From: a virus
Taxonomy: Duplodnaviria > Heunggongvirae > Uroviricota > Caudoviricetes
Length of the DNA stretch: 12,093 bases
Strand: one strand, 5' to 3'
IMG/VR virus record: IMGVR_UViG_2600254977_000008
The translations under genes were made by a program, and so were the position numbers. Shown piece after piece: positions 7,638 to 12,093 of this stretch (position 1 is the first letter of the stretch; the number at the start of each line of letters is the position of its first letter). Below the pieces are notes generated by a model. It had not been told where the DNA came from. It made no database searches and was given only the letters and a program-made list of their open reading frames with translations.

Positions 7638-8171
7638 ATGGCGATAAAAGGGCTTGATCAGGCGATTGACAATCTGAGCCGGGTTCGTAAAAACGCCATT
7701 CCGGCGGCTTCAGCAATGGCCATTAACCGCGTGGCCACAACGGCGATTAATCAGTCTTCATCACAGGTTGCCCGGGAGACAAAGGTTCGCCGGAAACTGG
7801 TTAAGGAACGGTCCAGACTGAAACGGGCGACGGTCAGAAATCCGAATGCCAGAATTATCGTTAACCGCGGTGATCTCCCTGTGATTAAGCTGGGGATCAG
7901 GATGCTGGGGCGTCGCCCGAACAGCATACTTAAAGCCGGTCAGCATCGGTATCAGCGGGCATTTATTCAGAGATTAAAAAATGGTCGCTGGCATGTCATG
8001 CAGCGTGTGGCCGGGAAAAACCGTTACCCCATTGATGTGGTGAAAATCCCGATGGCGGCCCCACTGAAACAGGCATTTGATGAGAATGTTGACCGTATCC
8101 GGCGTGAACGCCTGCCTAAAGAACTGGCATACGCGCTGAAACAACAACTGAGGATTGCAATAAAACGATGA
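7638..8171 (+). CDS. Z: Tail completion protein (lambda gpZ-like)
   Basis: 177-aa ORF. N-terminus MAIKGLDQAIDNLSRV...AMAINRVA...SQVARETKVRRKLVKERSRLKRATV and C-terminus AFIQRLKNGRWHVMQRVAGKNRYPIDVVKIPMA...RIRRERLPKEL match my recollection of lambda gpZ almost residue for residue. It lacks a basic Arg/Lys-rich internal stretch that I recall in lambda gpZ. Confidence 0.9.
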   Translation: MAIKGLDQAIDNLSRVRKNAIPAASAMAINRVATTAINQSSSQVARETKVRRKLVKERSRLKRATVRNPNARIIVNRGDLPVIKLGIRMLGRRPNSILKAGQHRYQRAFIQRLKNGRWHVMQRVAGKNRYPIDVVKIPMAAPLKQAFDENVDRIRRERLPKELAYALKQQLRIAIKR

Positions 8172-8563
8172 AACACACTGACATTCGTGCCGCAGTGCTG
8201 GATGCACTCGAGCAGCATGAACACGGGGCGACGCTGTTTGATGGTCGCCCCGTTGTTTTTGACGAAGAGGATTTTCCTGCGATCGCGGTTTATCTGACGG
8301 ATGCAGAGTATACCGGTGAAGAGCTGGATGCAGATACCTGGCGGGCCACGCTGCATATTGAGGTGTTTTTACCGGCACAGGTACCGGATTCAGAGCTTGA
8401 TCAGTGGATGGAAAGCCGGATTTACCCGGCGATGACCGCGATCCCGGCACTGGCAGGACTGATTACCACGATGGTTACGCAGGGCTATGAGTATCGTCGT
8501 GATGACGATATGGCGTTATGGAGTTCTGCAGATCTGACTTATTCCATTACATACGAGATGTGA
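8168..8563 (+). CDS. U: Tail terminator protein (lambda gpU-like)
   Basis: 131-aa ORF, the same length as lambda gpU. Conserved [79 protein letters not shown] and [18 protein letters not shown] overlap with the Z stop. Confidence 0.95.
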   Translation: MKHTDIRAAVLDALEQHEHGATLFDGRPVVFDEEDFPAIAVYLTDAEYTGEELDADTWRATLHIEVFLPAQVPDSELDQWMESRIYPAMTAIPALAGLITTMVTQGYEYRRDDDMALWSSADLTYSITYEM

Positions 8564-8570
8564 GGACGAT

Positions 8571-9323
8571 ATGGCAACACCAAATCCCCTTGAGCCGGTA
8601 AAAGGTGCCGGTACCACTCTGTGGGTTTACAACGGCAAGGGTGATGCTTATGCAAACCCGTTGTCAGACGATGACTGGCAGCGACTGGCTAAGGTGAAGG
8701 ATCTGACGCCGGGCGAGATGACGGCAGAATCCTACGATGATAACTACCTGGATGATGAAGACGCGGACTGGACCGCGACCGGGCAGGGGCAGAAATCTGC
8801 AGGTGATACCAGTTTTACGCTGGCCTGGAAACCGGGAGAGGAAGGCCAGAAAGGGCTTATAGGCTGGTTTGAAAGCGGCGATGTCCGGGCCTATAAAATC
8901 CGTTTTCCGAATGGCACGGTGGATGTGTTTCGTGGCTGGGTCAGCAGTATCGGTAAGGCCGTGACGGCGAAAGAAGTGATCACCCGCACGGTGAAAGTCA
9001 CTAACGTGGGTAAACCTTCTGTAGCGGAAGAACGCAGCAAAATTACGCCGGTCAGTGCGATTAAGGTGACGCCGACATCCGGTACGGTGGCAAAAGGGAA
9101 AACAACCACCCTGACGGTTTCTTTTGAGCCGGAAAGTGCAACCGACAAGACGTTCAGAGCGGTTTCCGCCGATCCGTCGAAAGCCACCATTAGTGTGAAA
9201 GATATGACAATTACGGTAAACGGCGTGGCGACAGGTAAGGTGCAGATCCCTGTGGTGAGCGGAAATGGTCAGTTCGCCGCAGTGGCTGAAGTCACCGTTA
9301 CTGAAGCGGGCGCTGCAGGGTAA
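8571..9323 (+). CDS. V: Major tail tube protein (lambda gpV-like) with C-terminal Ig-like (Big_2-type) domain
   Basis: 250-aa ORF with long runs matching lambda gpV: [109 protein letters not shown]. The C-terminal third ([22 protein letters not shown]...FRAVSAD...ATISV...[32 protein letters not shown]) resembles the dispensable Ig-like domain of gpV. Confidence 0.95.
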   Translation: MATPNPLEPVKGAGTTLWVYNGKGDAYANPLSDDDWQRLAKVKDLTPGEMTAESYDDNYLDDEDADWTATGQGQKSAGDTSFTLAWKPGEEGQKGLIGWFESGDVRAYKIRFPNGTVDVFRGWVSSIGKAVTAKEVITRTVKVTNVGKPSVAEERSKITPVSAIKVTPTSGTVAKGKTTTLTVSFEPESATDKTFRAVSADPSKATISVKDMTITVNGVATGKVQIPVVSGNGQFAAVAEVTVTEAGAAG

Positions 9324-9336
9324 ACGGAGGTAATAC

Positions 9337-9768
9337 ATGTTTCTGAAAACAGAACAATTTGAATATAACGGTGTGTCTGTCACGCTTTCCGAATTGTCTG
9401 CGCTGCAGCGTATCGAGCATCTTGCCCTCCTGAAACGGCGTGCAGAACAGGCAGAATCCTGCGGCAACCTGCAGGTAAGCGTGGAAGATCTCGTCAGAAC
9501 CGGCGCGTTTCTGGTGGCGATGTCCCTGTGGCATAACCATCCACAGAAAACGCAGTCACCGTCAATGAATGAGGCCGTGATGAAGATAGAGCAGGAAGTG
9601 CTCACCACCTGGCCTGCCGATGCCATTGCCCGGGCGGAAGACGTGGTGTTGTGCCTGTCCGGGATGATCGAAGCTGTTCGTCCGGATACTGATATTACTG
9701 AAGTGGCGAAAAATAACACGCTGACTGATGATGATTTTTCTGCGGGAAAGTCTTCGACGGCGAGCTGA
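9337..9768 (+). CDS. G: Tail assembly chaperone (lambda gpG-like), zero-frame product
   Basis: 143-aa ORF with GGAGG 6 nt upstream of the ATG. Conserved MFLKTE-FE-NGV-VTLSELSALQRIEHLAL-KR-AEQAES, TGAFLVAMSLWHNHPQKTQ-PSMNEAV, IEQEVLTTWP and the C-terminal SAGK-ST-S. TGA at 9766-9768. Confidence 0.95.
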   Translation: MFLKTEQFEYNGVSVTLSELSALQRIEHLALLKRRAEQAESCGNLQVSVEDLVRTGAFLVAMSLWHNHPQKTQSPSMNEAVMKIEQEVLTTWPADAIARAEDVVLCLSGMIEAVRPDTDITEVAKNNTLTDDDFSAGKSSTAS

Positions 9769-10208
9769 ACTTTGCCCTCAGACTGGCGCGTGAGATGGGG
9801 AGACCCGACTGGCGCGCCATGCTTGCCGGGATGACATCCACCGAATATGCCGACTGGCACCGTTTTTACCGCACGCATTATTTTCAGGATACCCAGCTGG
9901 ATATGCATTTTTCCGGGCTGACGTACGCTGTACTCAGCCTGTTTTTTTGCGATCCGGATATGCATCCCTCTGATTTCAGTCTGCTTGTCCCCCGGCATGA
10001 GGAAGAGCAGGTGGAGAGGCCGGATGAGGACAAAATGCTGATGCAGAAAGCGGCAGGACTTGCCGGAGGCGTCCGGTTCGGTGGGGACGGAGGGCGCGAT
10101 ATTTTATCGTCTGCGGATGTGGCGGATGTCATGGTGGATGATGCCGCATTAATGATGGCTTCAGCGGGGATTCCGGGAGGTGTGAGATATGTCCCAGCCG
10201 GTTGGTGA
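9337..10208 (+). CDS. T: Tail assembly chaperone G-T fusion made by programmed -1 ribosomal frameshift at 9744-9750; the T-frame part is 9750-10208
   Basis: Slippery heptamer G GGA AAG (zero-frame phasing) lies 5 codons before the G stop, as in lambda. The -1 frame is open from 9735 to TGA at 10206-10208 and encodes VFDGELNFALRLAREMGRPDWRAMLAGMTSTEYADWHRFY-THYFQD...DMHFSGLTY-VLSLFF-DPDMHP-DFSLL...LMQKAAGLAGGVRFG...AGGVRY, which matches lambda gpT. The ORF-track Met at 9795 is internal to this frame. Confidence 0.85.
9744..9750 (+). promoter_or_regulatory. Programmed -1 ribosomal frameshift slippery heptamer GGGAAAG (G-T frameshift site)
   Basis: The heptamer is phased G GGA AAG in the G frame, identical in sequence and relative position to the lambda G-T site. 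The -1 frame downstream is open and encodes a gpT homolog. Confidence 0.85.
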
Positions 10209-12093
10209 TCTTGTTATTGACCTGAGTCTGGATGCTGTCCGTTTCGATGAGCAGATGAGCCGGGTAAGGCGTCATTTTTCAGGTCTGGATACCGACGCCA
10301 GAAAAACCGCCAGTGCTGTTGAACAGGGCCTGAGCCGCCAGGCGCTGGCTGCACAAAAAGCCGGGATTTCCGTCGGGCAGTATAAAGCGGCCATGCGAAC
10401 CCTGCCCGCACAGTTTACGGATATCGCCACGCAGCTTGCCGGTGGTCAGAATCCCTGGTTGATCCTGCTGCAACAGGGCGGTCAGGTGAAGGACTCCTTC
10501 GGCGGGATGATCCCCATGTTCAGGGGGCTTGCCGGTGCGATCACCCTGCCGATGGTCGGGGTCACCTCGCTGGCGGTGGCGACAGGTGCGCTGGCGTACG
10601 CCTGGTACCAGGGCGACGCCACGCTTTCAGAATTTAATAAAACGCTGGTCCTTTCCGGCAATCAGGCCGGACTGACTGCCGATCGTATGCTGACGCTCTC
10701 AAGAGCCGGGCAGGCAGCAGGGCNNNNNNNNNNNNNNNNNNNNNNNNNNNNNNNNNNNNNNNNNNNNNNNNNNNNNNNNNNNNNNNGTCGCGCGTTTTGC
10801 GTCTGCATCCGGTGTGGAGGTGGATAAAGTCGCTGAAGCCTTCGGGAAGCTGACCACTGACCCGACGTCGGGACTGATGGCGATGGCGCGCCAGTTCCGT
10901 AACGTGACGGCAGAGCAGATTGCGTATGTTGCACAGCTGCAGCGTTCCGGAGACGAGGCCGGGGCATTGCAGGCGGCGAACGATATCGCCACGAAAGGCT
11001 TTGATGAGCAGACCCGTCGCCTGAAAGAAAACATGGGAACACTGGAGACCTGGGCGGATAAAACAGGGAAGGCATTCAAATCGATGTGGGATGCCATTCT
11101 GGATATCGGTCGTCCGGAATCCTCAGCGGATATGCTCGCCAGTGCGCAGAAGGCATTTGATGAGGCGGATAAAAAATGGCAGTGGTACCAGAGCCGGAGC
11201 CAGCGCCGGGGAAAGACCTCCTCTTTTCGTGCGAACCTTCAGGGGGCATGGGATGACCGGGAAAATGCCCGTCTGGGTCTGGCAGCGGCCACGCTGCAGT
11301 CGGATATGGAAAAAGCCGGTGAACTGGCGGCAAGGGACAGGGCTGAGCGTGAGTCGTCACAGCTGAAGTATACCGGAGAGGCGCAGAAGGCGTATGAGCG
11401 CCTGCAGACGCCGCTGGATAAATATACCGCCCGTCAGAAAGAGCTGAATAAGGCCCTGAAAGACGGAAAAATCCTGCAGGCGGATTACAACACGCTGATG
11501 GCGTCGGCAAAAAAGGATTATGAATCGACGCTGAAAAAGCCGTCAGGTGTGAAGGTGTCTGCCGGTGAGCGCCAGGAAGACCGGGCGCATGCAGCCCTGC
11601 TGGCGCTTGAAACCGAGCTCAGGACGCTGGAAAAACACAGCGGTGTGAATGAGAAAATCAGCCAGCAGCGCCGGGATTTATGGGAAGCGGAAAGTCAGTA
11701 TGTGGTCCTGAAAGAGGCCGCCACGAAACGGCAGTTATCTGAGCAGGAAAAATCCCTGCTGGCTCATGAGAAAGAGACGCTGGAGTACAAACGCCAGCTG
11801 GCTGAGCTGGGAGACAAGATTGAACACCAGAAGCGGCTGAATGAGCTGGCACAGCAGGCGGCGCGGTTTGAACAGCAGCAAAGCGCGAAGCAGGCGGCAA
11901 TCAGCGCAAAAGCCCGCGGCCTCACCGACCGTCAGGCGCAGCGGGAGTCGGAAGAGCAGCGCCTTCGTGAGGTGTACGGTGATAATCCGGCTGCGCTGGC
12001 GAAGGCCACATCGGCACTGAAGAACACCTGGTCTGCGGAGGAGCAGCTTCGTGGAAGCTGGATGGCCGGGATGAAGTCCGGCTGGGGAGAGTG
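10189..12093 (+). CDS. H: Tail tape measure protein (lambda gpH-like), 3' partial, interrupted by a 63-nt N-run at 10724-10786
   Basis: ATG at 10189 with GGGAGG 8 nt upstream, overlapping the T-frame stop by 20 nt. N-terminus PVGDLV-DLSLDA-RFDEQM-RVRRHFSG...QALAAQKAGISVGQYKAAMR-LPAQFTD-ATQLAGGQ-PWLILLQQGGQVKDSFGGMIPMFRGLAGAITLPMVG-TSLAVATGALAYAWYQG...FNKTLVLSGNQAGLTADRML-LSRAGQAAG. After the gap (frame shifted by 1): VARF-SASGVEVDKVAEAFGKLTTDPTSGL-AMARQF-NV-AEQIAYVAQLQRSGDEAGALQAAN...RRLKENMGTLETWAD...KSMWDA-LDIGRP ... KALKDGKILQADYNTLMA-AKKDYE-TLKKP...ISQQRRDLW-AESQ...GLTDRQA-RE. It continues past the window end. Confidence 0.9.
10724..10786. other. Run of 63 N (masked or unsequenced gap) inside the tape measure gene
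   Basis: Counted directly from the sequence. The flanking H-homologous frames are offset by one base even though 63 is a multiple of 3. Confidence 0.99.

Noticed and set aside
8664-9998. 444-aa ORF on the minus strand spanning V, G and T
   Set aside because: It is fully antisense to three strongly conserved + strand genes, rich in Arg, Cys and His as expected for antisense translation of GC-rich coding sequence, and has no recognisable motif. Long antisense ORFs are a common artefact opposite well-conserved genes.
9795-10208. Independent T ORF starting at Met 9795, as emitted by the ORF track
   Set aside because: The frame is open upstream to 9735, there is no SD before 9795, and the conserved gpT homology begins before this Met. 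It is best read as the -1 frameshift continuation of G.
11100-12093. Low-complexity, Ala/Gln/Glu/Lys/Arg-rich stretch in H that could be mistaken for a repeat protein
   Set aside because: It aligns with the helical coiled-coil body of lambda tape measure protein (conserved motifs such as KALKDGKILQADYNTLMA and ISQQRRDLW), which is its expected composition.

Overview
The window is a single co-directional (+ strand), tightly packed block of late morphogenesis genes from a lambda-like (lambdoid siphovirus) phage or prophage. It is collinear, gene for gene, with the left arm of phage lambda: the 3' end of Nu1 (small terminase), A (large terminase), W, B (portal), C (prohead protease) with a probable nested Nu3-like scaffold, D (decoration), E (major capsid), FI, FII, Z, U, V (major tail), G, the G-T frameshift product, and the 5' part of H (tape measure), which runs off the window. 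The proteins are clearly homologous to lambda but diverged, so this is a lambda relative rather than lambda itself. All identifications rest on reading the translations against my recollection of lambda proteins; no search was run. I see no tRNA, CRISPR array, IS element, or inserted accessory (moron) gene, and every intergenic gap is under about 60 nt. I do not find a novel biological system here. The points worth a second look are a triplicated roughly 40-aa motif in the C/Nu3 scaffold region, a conserved G-T slippery site, two hairpin/palindrome elements flanking the D-E capsid pair, and two N-masked gaps inside essential genes (B and H) whose flanking reading frames do not match the gap lengths.
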